The translations under genes and the position numbers were made by a program. From the NCBI RefSeq assembly GCF_009914755.1, contig NC_060940.1: DNA of 64,000 nt; one strand, written 5' to 3'. Of the stretch, positions 37,935-50,435 are shown piece by piece. Every line of letters begins with the position of its first letter. Positions within the stretch are counted from its first letter, which is position 1. The DNA is from the human T2T-CHM13v2.0 reference genome, Homo sapiens. Under the pieces are notes generated by a model. It did no database searches and was not told the origin of the DNA. It saw only the letters and a program-made list of their open reading frames with translations.

Positions 37935-39620
37935 CCATGCTCATGGATAGGAAGAATCAATATTGTTAAAATGGCCATACTGCCCAAAGCAATTTATACA
38001 GTCAATGCTATTCCCATCAAGCTACCATTGACTTTCTTCACAGAGCTAGAAAAAACTACCTTAAACTTCATATGAAACTAAAAACAGCCCGTATAGCCAA
38101 GACAGTCCTAAGCAAAAAGAACAAAGCTGAAGGCATTATGCTACCTGACTTCAAATTATACTATAAGGCTACAGTAACAAAAACAGCATGATACTGGTAC
38201 CAAAACAGTTATATAGACCAATGGAACAGAACAGAGGCCTCAGAAATAACACCACACATCTACAACCATCTGATCTTCAACAAACCTGACAAAAACAAGC
38301 GATGGGGAAATGATCCCTATTTAATAAATGGTGCTGGGAAAACTGGGTAGCCATATGGAGAAAACTGAAACTGGATCCTTTCCTTACACCTTATACAAAA
38401 ATTAACTCTAGATGCATTAAAGACTTAAATGTAAAACCTAAAACCACAAAAACCCTAGAAGAAAACATAGGCAGTATCATTCAGGACATAGGCATGGGCA
38501 AAGGCTTCATGACTAAAACACCAAAAGCAATTACAACAAAAGCCAAAATTGACAAGCAGGATCTAATTAAACTAAAGAGCTTCTGCTCAGCAAAAGAAAC
38601 TATCATCAGAATGAACAGGCAACCTACAGAATGGGAGAAAATTTTTGCAATCTATCCATCTGACAAAGTTCTAATATCCAGAATCTACAAGGAACTTGAA
38701 CAAATTTACAAGAAAAAAACCAAACAACCCCATCAAAAAGTGGGTGAAGGACATGAACAGACACTTCTCAGAAAAAGACATTTATGCAGCTAACAAACAT
38801 ATGAAAAAAAAAGCTCATTATCACTGGTCATTAGGGAAATGCAAATCAAAATCACAATGAGACACCATCTCATGCCAGTTAGAATGTTGATCATTAAAAA
38901 GTCTGGAAACAACAGATGCTGGTGAGAATGTGGAGAAATAGGAACACTTTTACACTGTTGGGGGGAGTGTAAATCAGTTCAACCATTGTGGAAGACAGTG
39001 TGGAAATTCCTCAAGGATCTAGAACGGGAAATACCATTTGACCCAGCAGTCCTATTACCGGGTATATACCCAAAGGGTTATAAATCATTCTACTATAAAG
39101 ACACATGCACATGTATGTTTATTGCAGCACTATTTACAATAGCAAAGATGTGGAACCAACTCAAATGTCCATCAATGATAGACTGGATGAAAAAATGTGG
39201 CATATGTACACCATGAACTACTATGCAGCCATAAAAAAGAATGATTTCAGGTCCTTTGCAGGGACATGGATGAAGCTGGAAGCCATCATCCTCAGCAAAC
39301 TAACACAGGAACAGAAAACCAAACGCCACATGTTCTCACTCATAAGTGGGAGTTGAACAATGAGAACACATGGACACAAGGAGGGGAACATGACACACTG
39401 GGATGTGTCGGGGAGAAAAAGCATTAGGAAAGGGGAGGGAGAGCATTAGGACAAATACCTAATGCACGAGGTGCTTCAAACCTAGATGACAGATTGATAG
39501 GTGCAGCAAACCACCATGGCACATGTGTACTTATGTAAGAAACCTACATGTTCAGCACATGTATCCCAGAACTTAAAGTAAAATTTAAAATAGAAATAAA
39601 TAGTAATCAAAAATAAAAAA
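37935..39620 (+). mobile_element. 5'-truncated L1PA (PA7/8-like) with A-rich tail
   Basis: ORFs 38494..38793 and 38986..39356 are the ORF2 C-terminus; 3' UTR ggtgcagcaaaccaccatggcac. Confidence 0.93.
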
Positions 39621-41476
39621 GAAATACATACTTCATATTTTCTTAACAAAAATGAAACAATATAGGAAAACCTACACTAATATATTTGAAACAGCTTTGC
39701 CTATAATATTCATAAAATGGAAACAAATTTAAAGTACATCAACGGGAAAATAAATCAAAATATTCTCATTTATTTACTTAATGGACTGACTCAGATATAA
39801 AATCTTTCTCCTTCTCTCTCTCTCCATAAGTACATGAAAACTTTGAGGTTTCATATCAGAGTCAGTCTACGAATCGAATAAATGACAATATGTTGATCTA
39901 ATTTTATACATTAAATAGTATGAATTAATCTCAAAAATATCAAAGCCCCTTTTGAAAAAAAAGGTCTGTAATGTTTGATTCCATTTATATAAAGTTCAAA
40001 ACAGAAAATAAATGGATCTGTAGTGTCAGAAATCAAAACGTTTCCCCTTGCAGGAGTTGACCGCAAGAACAGGGAAAACCCGCGATGTGGGGATGGACTT
40101 GCTCTTCAGCTACCTTAGGTATTGAGAACAAGGGTATTCACATTTGCCAGAAACTCTCTAGTGATACATTTCAGATCTATGCATATTTTATTATATGTAA
40201 ATTTTATCTCATAAAAACAAAAAATAAACTGTAGAATAGTTTAAAATTCAGTAAATAATAAAATTAATATTAAAACCCTATCCAAAATATGAACATTATT
40301 ATATGAATTAATAAAATGCATTCAAGTATATGTACTAAAATTAAATCCCAGAAATCAAAAAGACAAAGGTAACATCTTAAACTTAATAATTAATATGCAT
40401 GCATTTCATAGAGAAGAAAAAAAGTCAAGACATGAGGAACATATATTCCTTTTTTCCAATCAAATGTAATTAAATTATTTATACAATATTTTAACCTGTG
40501 TCATTAGTATAAATTACTAATATTTTGTGTGATATTACAACTGATAACAACTTTTAAAGAAAAAAAAAGATGCTTGAGAGCACGTGAACTAAATTGAATG
40601 TATTCTCAAAGTTGGTCCAACTATTACACTTCAAAGTTCTAATAATACCCTGGTTTGAGTGGGACTTTGAAAAAATTAATTTTAAGAGATAAATTTAAAA
40701 CATAAACTGATAATCTGTAATAAAGAGAAATCAGCATTCCATATCAGAGAAAAATGAAAATTTGCAATACATGTAAAATCCTGAGAAGAAACCTTGAAGC
40801 ACGGAAAGGGTCTCATGTATAGTAGGTTGTAATACGTCTATCGTTAAAATTATCACCTTTATGTTGTTTTGAAAAATTAAAGCTAAGCATAATGAAATTA
40901 ATGTTTTTGTGCTCATCTGGTATAACAGCATGTTGAGAAAATGGAAGAGCCCTGTAACCCTGAGGAGGTGGCTTAATCCAAGGAGAGGCATCAGATTTAA
41001 AAATATATAATTAAAATTTCATTGAAAATGGAGAAATTTTGGTTGTATACATTTATGGGGCACAAAGCTATGTTATGGTTTGTGAATGCAATATGGAATA
41101 ATTGAATCGAGTTAATTCACATATATATTACCTCAAATCGTCAAATCCTTATCTTTTTTGTGACAAGAACATTTGTAATTTTTTCTTGACTATTTTAAAA
41201 TGACAAATACACTATGTTAAAGCTTAGAAATAGACATCCATTTATGTAAACTATAGAGAACTGTTGAAATCAATTATAGATTACTCTAATTTATATTTAG
41301 CTCATCATTAAGTTTAATTCTTTAGAAAATATTTTAGAATTATTTTGTTATAATGTTAAATATAAATGACTACACATGTATGTATAGGCTTGTGTATTTA
41401 CACATATGTCTGCAGATGTAAATTAATGTCCCCATAGGTATGTAGTTGCTGGTATGGACAGACATTAATAAAACTA

Positions 41477-41766
<290 letters not shown>

Positions 41767-42985
41767 TATTTATAATATGAGCATGATTATATTGCCAAAT
41801 ATAAAATAAAATATCATAATGGCAACAATCAATTTTACCTGTCACCTTGACTAGACCGTAGTCTCATCTATTCAATCACACACTAGCCTAGGTGTTGCTC
41901 CCATGGCATAATACAGGTGTTAGTGGAGCCTGCCATTATTTTTTCCTAAGTCACGAAGAGTGTTCTAGATAATCTAGTTGGGACTGATTCAAAGACAGCA
42001 TAACAGAAGACGATGGGGCTCCGTGGTGGACGGCAGATGCAGATCTTCCCAGGAATTCCAGCCTGTCTTTCCCGAAGGCCAGTAGTATTGACCTTAAACT
42101 GCCTAGCCAGATTCTACAATTATTGTTACCCAGAGCTCACAGCACAATGGAGTGCCCATCCTCAGCTCTTCTCAAAGTCACAGGTGAGAGTCCAAACTCA
42201 GATAGTATGAGAAGCACAAGATCAGCTCTACATCAATATCCCATTGGAGAAAACTAGTATTATTCCCTTCATGGCTAATGTCCACTACATTTTCCAAATG
42301 CCTCCATGCACAGAAGACAACAGGAGTGTCCAGACAATGGTGAGTGAGAAAGTCCCCTCAGCCTACCCAGGTCCTGCAGACCCAAGCCCTGGAATTTTGA
42401 CTACAGAAAACACATCTTCTGTTTTCAGGGAAGAGAAGAAGAAAGGGAACTGTGAGAATCAAGTCTACAGAGATGGAAAATGGATCAGCAGAAAGAGGGT
42501 CAGCTGAATCAGTCTGAGTCAGATGGGCACAGTTTTACAAGTTGAGAGGGGATAGCTGTGAAAACCATCAGGTTTTAAGGACCCTGACCCTGGGTGAGCC
42601 TCTCTCTTGGCTCCCATCAGAGCTCAAGGCCTGTTCTAATCAGAGATTCCCATGGAGGTCTCTGCTCTGAGTCTAATTGGAAAACACTCTCCAGGTTTCC
42701 CTGAGATTCCTCAGGACTCTCATCCTGACCATGAAAGGATTATTTCTGCCCCCAAAGTGACACCCTGGCTTCTGTGGAGGTGAGGGTGTTTCCTCTTGTT
42801 ACAAAAACAAAGGAACAAAAAAAAACGTTTTACATTTAGAGACATCAAATGTTAATATAGAATTGTAAATCTGGAGAAGTTCCCTGGGGAAATTTGACGA
42901 TGAGGCTGCCCCAGGCCATGACAGAAAGCCAGCCCTCAGCAGCACCTGCACCTGCCCTGGAGACAGCCCCGTGCACAGTGTCCTG

Positions 42986-42999
42986 GCGCCCCCTGGTGG
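42986..42999 (-). promoter_or_regulatory. RSS-adjacent CTCF-binding element
   Basis: Minus strand CCACCAGGGGGCGC (consensus CTCF core) 21 bp beyond the nonamer. Confidence 0.8.
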
Positions 43000-43020
43000 T
43001 CTCTGGGACCCCTTCAGGGA

Positions 43021-43059
43021 GGTTTGTGCCTGGGCTCTCACTGACTTCCCCTCGCTGTG
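43021..43059 (-). other. 23-bp-spacer recombination signal sequence (variant)
   Basis: Heptamer CACAGCG (43059-43053), 23-bp spacer, nonamer GCACAAACC (43029-43021). Confidence 0.93.
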
Positions 43060-43509
43060 TGTTTCACACAGTAATACACAGCCGTGTCCTCAGCTCTCAG
43101 GCTGTTCATTTGCAGATACGGTGAGTTATTGGCGTTGTCCCTGGAGATGGTGAATCGGCCCTTCACAGAGTCTGCGTAGTTTGTGTAACCACTATCACCA
43201 CTAATGTATGAAACCCACTCCAGTCCCTTCCCTGGAGCCTGGCGGACCCAGCTCATGTAGTGGTTACTGAAGGTGAATCCAGAGGCTGGACAGGACAGTC
43301 TCAGGGACCCCCCAGGCTGTACCAAGCCTCCCCCAGACTCCACCAGCTGCACCTCACACTGGGCACCTGCAAACACAGAGACAACCTGGTCAGAAACTGC
43401 CACATATATTCACTGCTTATCTCACTCACGTCCTCTCAGTGTCTCTAGTTCGCCATAAATCACCTTTTATAATAGCAACAAGGAAAACCCAGTTCAGCCC
43501 AAACTCCAT
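43060..43509 (-). CDS. IGHV3OR16-8: IGHV3-family orphon V segment with open frame (leader exon 43509-43464, intron, V exon 43366-43060)
   Basis: Leader [16 protein letters not shown]; GT/AG intact; EVQLVESGG...[15 protein letters not shown]...[17 protein letters not shown]...AVYYCVK; symbol from recalled sequence. Confidence 0.88.
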
Positions 43510-43610
43510 GGTGAGTCCTCTGTGTTCAGTGCTGATCACCAGATGGAAATTCCTGGGAATTCTGGGGCTGGGGCTCTTCTCCCAGAGCTGCAGGGTCAGG
43601 GCTGGGCTGG

Positions 43611-43643
43611 TTTTTATCAGCAGACAGAGGGCCCTATTTGCAT
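43611..43643 (-). promoter_or_regulatory. IGHV promoter: octamer and TATA-like element
   Basis: ATGCAAAT at 43643-43636; ATAAAAA at 43617-43611. Confidence 0.9.
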
Positions 43644-46160
43644 GTCTCCTACTATATAGCAAGCTCTGTGGTGGGACAGCTGAGGAGAGGGCAGTGCCCA
43701 GAGAAGATGAGAGCATCCCAGAAAACATTGGAGGTAATCCTATCTCTCAGGAAAATATAACTTCAGATTATGTGATTGTGCCTTGATGATCAATTAGCAG
43801 TCATCATCTTATTTAATGTTTACACATTTGCAGAATATATTCAGTGCAAGTGTCAATGTTACATTTGTAGAGAAGATGAATTACATACATAACAGAGCAG
43901 TTGTGCAATGTGTCCAATATCACACATCTGGCCAGAGTTAGCCCTATTACCTGTGTCTGTGCCTCTAAACACTGGAGGAGACTGCTCCCCTGAGACAGCT
44001 CCAGGGCGATGTGGGACATGCCTAGTGAGGTTTTCAGGATGTCCCACCTGTCATAACAACTTTATGTGACTTTGCTTTTTCTAGTGTTTACCTGAAATAT
44101 GCAATCAGTGTTCACATGTGTGTATTTTCAGGAGTCCGTGATTATTCAAGTGTCAATATTCATCTCTTCCTCTTCCTCAGCCAATATACTCATTTTTTTG
44201 TTACTGCTTTATTCAAAAATTCAATCCATAGTGAATTCAAATTTATAGTGTACAATTTGGAAAATGTTGGTATATGTGTGCAGCCTTTGAATCAGCACTT
44301 CAATCATGCTATTAGCAATTAAATTAACCTCTAATTTTTTTCTCTCACTTCCCTGTAATTTTATTTCACCATCTTGTTACTCTCACCACACTTTTCTCAG
44401 AAAAATTCAGATCTTCTCCATGTTAATTTAGAATAGTTGCATTTTCTACAATTTATACAAATGAAATCACAGGAGATTTACTGTGAATTCTTTAGCTTCC
44501 TACACTCAGCACAATTATTTGATAATGTCCTCACATTCTTATGTGACTGAGGCATGCCTTGATTTCAATTGTTCATTGTATTTCAGTATATGAATATTTC
44601 TCAAATTGTTTAACAATGCACCAAATAGTGGATATTTGATATTTTGTCTTCGTTTCTGAATTTTATTTAGAAAGCAAATACTAAGCATGGGAATGTAAAA
44701 AAATTGAGAAAATGATCTTCTTCTGACCTCATTAATAAGAAACTTGAACAACTACGAAAAATGAACGCTTCAACATATCTGAGTTGATGTCACAGAGAAA
44801 AAAACCCTGAAATCTGAGAAATAGGGGCCTGCAGAGAGAACTAGGGTCCATTTATTAGAGTACCTGGAGCAGGTGCCACTCGTTGTATAGTATTGAAGAT
44901 AGGAAAAAGCTAACCTGGAAATGTTTCATGAGTTGTTGAGGATGTATGTGCTAAGGGTGTGAGAGTGTGAAACTCCCGGCACTTGCAGGCTTTTCCTACA
45001 GAATTGGGGAAATCCCAGACAAGTCACCCACCTGCTGTCCTGTGGTGTTGACTGGGGAGGAAGAATAGCAGCTGTGTTCAATGCTGAATCCCCCTTCACG
45101 ATATGTGGGAGACATTTATTAAATCTTGTGTCCTTCAGGCACTGGTAGAATCAACTAGAACACAAGGAAACAGAGGACACCAAGGAAACTCTACCCAGAA
45201 TCACCTCCCATCTCTTTCCTGAGGAATGAAGTCCTGAGTCTGTGGGGTAAGGACAGTGGGTCAGAAGCTGAGGACACTGACGAAAAACCACTGTGGCTGG
45301 GAAGAGACACTCTGACTTGGAGAAGGGAAGGAACAGGAACACTTGGAAGACCATGCTTCAGAGCCACTCTCACCACCCATAGCTAAGAAGGAGGCTCGGT
45401 CCGAAGGTTGGAGAACATCCCCCTGTGTCCAAGCCCCTTCACCCCACAAACAATCACCAAGTAAAAGTGTCAGCAGGATGCACCTGCCACAGATGAAAGA
45501 GACAGGCTCTCTCTGGGGAGAGAAATGGGAAGAGCCAAACCGGGACACAAAAGTGGGTATCACTGGAGGAACCTGAACTTTTTGTGAACAGGAGAAGCTG
45601 ACTTCAACTCTGATAGCCGTGGCAACCATACACTTGAAATCCAACCCTGACTAGATTCATAGAAATGTGGTTAATAAAGGCCCAGCAGAATGTAATGTGT
45701 GATCGTCTCCATGAATAAAATAATAAACACAAGAAAATAAATTACAAGTGAAATGCAAACTGGAATTCTACATGCATTACATTTTCATTAAAAGTGAAAG
45801 GCAAATAAAATTCTGTCATTAAAAAAAGATCTTGAGACAATTTATTGTCAGCACATTCATGCTTCAGTGCACATTTTAACAAACTTTCTCTGCTAGTAGC
45901 CATGTGATATACATTCAAAACATAAACCTATAGGAAGAAATTAAGACTACAAAATGAGAAAATCAAGATGAAGTGCAGTTTTTATCTTTGTAATTGCTAT
46001 ATTATATAACTGTAAAAGGAATAAAAAATTACATATTTTATAGCATATGTAAGTGCAAACTGGGAATAAACAAGAAAGAGTGGTGAGAAGGAGGAATTCA
46101 AAGCACACAGTTACACTGTCTCTGTTCTTCATATCAAGGCCATCACAGTATCTGCATTAG

Positions 46161-46238
46161 AATCTAATTATATACAATTCTTATAGAATCTAATTATATA
46201 CACTTCTTATGCAATCTAATTATATACAATTCTTATTG
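46161..46238 (+). repeat. 26-bp tandem repeat, 3 copies
   Basis: aatctaattatatacaattcttatag / aatctaattatatacacttcttatgc / aatctaattatatacaattcttattg. Confidence 0.92.
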
Positions 46239-46724
46239 TAAACCTTATGGTAAACAATATAATATTTATAAAAGTGAATTAGATTATATGTTAATAGAGA
46301 AATAAACGTCATTGTGAAGTGCTAATTTAAACAAGATAACAGAAAAATAATATTAGTTTAAAAATAGAACTTACTATAGTTGATTTAAAAAAACAAGCCC
46401 CAACTAGAAGCTATGTATTAGAAAATTACAGTACATATTCACAAATGTAAAAACTAAAGATGAGAAAACATGGATTATGAAAATGTTAACCAAAATAAAT
46501 CTATAGTAGCTGTGTAAAGTTAAGAAAAAATAGACATCAAAAAAGACTTTTAGGACTTAACAGGGATATTACATAGGATAAAGTTACCAGTTTTTTAAAA
46601 GATGCCAAAAATACTTAACAAGTATAGAATAGATGAAGAATGCACCATTCTTTGTGATTTACAAAACAAACATGATAAAAGAAGTAAAGATGTCAGTGAG
46701 ACCGTGCACGTAACGGTGCATGTA

Positions 46725-47118
46725 AAAACTTCCTCTTGAATTTCTCCCTGTTGCCACCCACACCAACCCCAGGCCTGGAGTCTGCTGGCCCAAGCTGATG
46801 CTGCAATCTGTGAAGGTGAATCCAGAGTCTTTGCAGGAGGGGCTCAGTGAACCGCTGGGCTGTACAATTTTTCCCCCTCAGACTCCACCAGTGAACTTCA
46901 CATAGGACTTCTGCAAACACAGAGAGAATGGACTGAGAACAGCCGCATGTGGAGCAGCCCCAGCTGGACCTGATTCACAAGGGCCACTAATACTGAGGGT
47001 GATGAGAAGGGAAGCCCAGATCAGTGCAGATCCCACAGTGTGGACACTGAGGAAGGGCACACACATGGGATGGCTCCTCACCAGGGCCTGAAGGAACAGG
47101 GGATGAGCTGCCTTTCAT
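46725..47118 (-). pseudogene. Clan III IGHV pseudogene (IGHVIII-11-1-like), frameshifted and 3'-truncated
   Basis: Acceptor tttgcag at 46911; frameshifted EV..LVES..VQPSGSLSPSCKDSGFTFTDCSIS..QQTPGLGLVWVA; putative leader 47118-47082 with gtgag donor; no FR3 or RSS. Confidence 0.82.
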
Positions 47119-47554
47119 GAGGAGGGGAGGGGACATATTTCCATGTCTTTCTTTTTGTGGTCATGGGTGCGCCGCTCGGCATTGCTCATCTGTCCTCTGT
47201 GTCTCCATTTCAGGGAGGGCAGGGTCAAAGGATTCCCGGGTCTGGAGGCACAGGGTTAATCTGCCAATTACTCTTTCTTATTCTCCAGTGTGGACACTAT
47301 TCAGGTATCTTCATAGTAGAAAACATTATCATCAAATACATCCAGTAAGAACATAAAAATACATTTCCAGAGAAAACAGACATCTCTCCGTAATCAGTAC
47401 ACTTAGAGCTGGAAACCACTGTTCCTGACCATGTGGCAAAGTTGAGTTACAATGAAAATAATGCAGATCTACACCTTGTTAGGGAGGGGGTTTATAATTA
47501 TGATTATCTTGAGATCACTTTTCGCAACATATGTCAACATCAGATACATGGACT

Positions 47555-47815
47555 TGTGTCAGGAAACAGTCAATGTGGACATATGTGTACTTATCTGAGT
47601 GAAGAGTTCACATGGGGACGTGTTTGCTTGTCTGAGACAAGAGTAAATGTGAGGAAATGTCTGTTTTCTGAGGAAAGAGTAAATGTAAGGACATATGTGG
47701 TAGTCTGAGGAAAGAGTCCATGTGGGGACATGTGTGTTTGTCTGATGGAAGAATCCACATGAGTAAAGGTGTGTTTGTCTGACAGAAGAGCCCACATGTT
47801 GACAGGTGTGTGTAC
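47555..47815 (+). repeat. Degenerate minisatellite, unit about 36 bp, about 7 copies
   Basis: Recurring tctgaggaaagagt(cc/aa)atgtg(g)ggacatgtgtgtttg. Confidence 0.8.
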
Positions 47816-49401
47816 CCATTTGAGGGTAAATGAGCATTCAGGGACAGGGTATGCCTGAACTCAGCTGACGTTTGGGAAAAATCTTTCTCAATCTAGGAAA
47901 GAAAAGGAATCCTCTGGGTTACTTGCTTATCAGGAAGAGAAAACCTGGGTCAAGTAGAAAATTGATTTTTTTCAAAAAAATATCTTTAGTAAATGGAAAC
48001 ATCTTATATGTAAATGAGGAAAATTACTTCCTCCTTTGTTGCACGCATCTCATAATATCCCCACACTCCCAAATATGTTATTAGATAATTTTGTACAGTC
48101 TGCATTTTATCCAGGGGTTAATGAATTCCTAAATATATTTTTAATTGTGTATATTTAGGTTTATATTGTCCATCACAAAATTATGAGCTGGGACAAATTA
48201 ATTGTGTCTTGTCTCAACCATTGCATATCACTAAAATAGTCTTAACTCTTCTTAAACAAGGCCTGTTTTACTTATTTCACACCCACTCTCTAAATTCCTG
48301 GAATATCCTCTCTGTTTACCTGAGTATAGTTTTGACTTTTACAGAATTTCAAATAAATGAAACTATACAGTGCAATTGAAATGACTTCACTGAAGAAAGT
48401 GGAAAATGAGGTTCCTGAAGTAAGCAACTTTGAAAATGAGGTGGTTCTCTAAGTTTAAATTGTAAAGAAATCACACATAAGCACTCTATCTAGTAGATAA
48501 ACATGTTTCCTACAAGGGTACAGCATTACATTTCTGAAACCGCTATGCATGTGTCCTGAAATCGTGCAACTAAGTAATCAAATGGCATATGGTTGGATGG
48601 GATTCCTCACTTTGTAGTGGATGGTTATGGACAGTCAAGAAAGGAAGGTTAGAAAGGTCCATGTGGCAGCATAGTTGGGTGGAGAGACCAGTGTGTGCTC
48701 ATTTTTAATGTAATCAAGTTACAGAAGATTAGATACATAATTTCAATGGGTCCATAAACATGATTCATATAAACATGCTCATTTACTAGAACAGAAGGTT
48801 GAGAGGTCCCAGAAGTACTTATACCACATTAACAACACACATACCCATTATCACAATATTTTATTTTAACACTATTCTTTAAAATCAGAAACAAGCAATC
48901 TTTATATAAATGGCTAATTCTATGTATGAAAAAGGTGATAAAGAAACAAGCTTAGAATCTATTTTAATATCAGGAAACAGGGAAGTGTTCAAAAACAAAA
49001 GGATCAGCTTTGCTGTAAGGATGCAGGATCCAAACTAAATGAGCTCCCCAGCACCTAATAAAGCTGTGGAGATTTGAACAAGAAAATGAATAATGTAGCA
49101 TGGATCTTCTTCAGAGTATGAAACAGACATCCATAAACCAATGTGGATGTTAATAGATGATTAAACAAAGAAACGATGGGAAGAAGAACACGTCTTCTTA
49201 TAGAAGTATTCCAAATATCTCAGGCAGATATTCCTCCAATCAATAGGTGAAGGCTAAACACTCATGAGTTGATTGTGTCCTGAGATTAGAGACATGGAAT
49301 AAATAATCACTATTAGTGTATTTTATAATGAGACTTCAGATATAATGCCAAATACGTGATCTATGAATGAATAATTTTTTATGTTTTTTGTCTAAATTTG
49401 T

Positions 49402-49402
<1 letters not shown>

Positions 49403-49438
<36 letters not shown>
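49403..49438 (+). repeat. (CA)n microsatellite
   Basis: Direct reading. Confidence 0.97.
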
Positions 49439-49441
<3 letters not shown>

Positions 49442-50057
49442 TTTTTGAAATACCCACTGATAAGAGAGAAAAAGGCAACCACAGACTGGGAGAAAATACT
49501 TCCAAGTCATATATTTGTTAAATCAATTCTTTCAATTTGTTAAATGACTTTTATAATCAATATGCAAGTAAACTTACAACTAATGAAAAGAAAACAATGG
49601 AGATAAAAATGAACCAAATATCAGGAAAGGCATCTCAGCAAAAATTATATAAAAATTGTTTAATATAAATTTTTTTATTTGGGACATGTGCATTTAAATA
49701 AATATTAGATGCCATTACTCACCTATCAGCATGGCTAAAACTCACAATACTCATGATGATAAATGGTAACATGAATGTGGAAAAACAAGAAATGTCATGC
49801 ATTGATGGTGGGAATTCAAAACGTTACATGCACAAAATGAGATTTTTTGGCATTTTTTAAATAGAGATAAAAGTAGAGTTAAAATGTGAACTTGTGCTTG
49901 TGTTCCAAAGTATTTACAACGTTGATTCAGAAATTGATGTTTACAAAGATTGATTCAGAGGAAGTTCTGTATCAGATTTGTTAATGTGATTCATTCTACA
50001 ATCCCTGAAATTTGCTTGCAGAATAAATGTTGTATGAAAAATATCTCAAATAACTAA

Positions 50058-50347
50058 AATCCTGTCCACTCAAGCCCTTGTCCAGGGGCCCATCGCACCC
50101 AGTGCAAGTAGCAGTAGGTGAAGGTGTATCCAGAAGCCTGGCAGGAGACCTTCACTGAGGCCCCAGGCTTCTTCACCTCAGCCCCAGACTGCACCAGCTG
50201 CACCAGGAAGTGGGCACCTGTGGGGAGGACACAGGATGGATGAAAGCCCCCTTGACTGGACTCAATCCCCTCCTCATTACTGGGACCTGGGAACCCCTTA
50301 CCTGTGGCTGCTGCCACCAAGAAGAGGATCTTGCAGGTCCAGCCAAT
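50058..50347 (-). pseudogene. IGHV1OR16-4: IGHV1-family orphon pseudogene, start codon mutated (ATT), truncated after FR2
   Basis: Leader 50347-50302 (I)[15 protein letters not shown], donor gtaag; V exon from 50217 [49 protein letters not shown] then stop; no RSS; symbol inferred from position between the two IGHV3 orphons. Confidence 0.8.
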
Positions 50348-50401
50348 GGTGAGATGTACTCTCAGGGGATTCTCTCAGGTGATTATCTCAGGGCACAGAA
50401 A

Positions 50402-50435
50402 ATATTTACCTCAGTGGATATCAGTATATTTGCAT
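50402..50435 (-). promoter_or_regulatory. IGHV1 promoter: octamer and TAAATAT
   Basis: ATGCAAAT 50435-50428; TAAATAT 50408-50402. Confidence 0.85.

Noticed and set aside
42974-42980. Plus-strand CACAGTG heptamer near the orphon RSS
   Set aside because: No nonamer-like sequence at 12 or 23 bp.
43067-43073. Embedded TACTGTG cryptic heptamer in FR3
   Set aside because: Present in nearly all IGHV genes; not distinctive.
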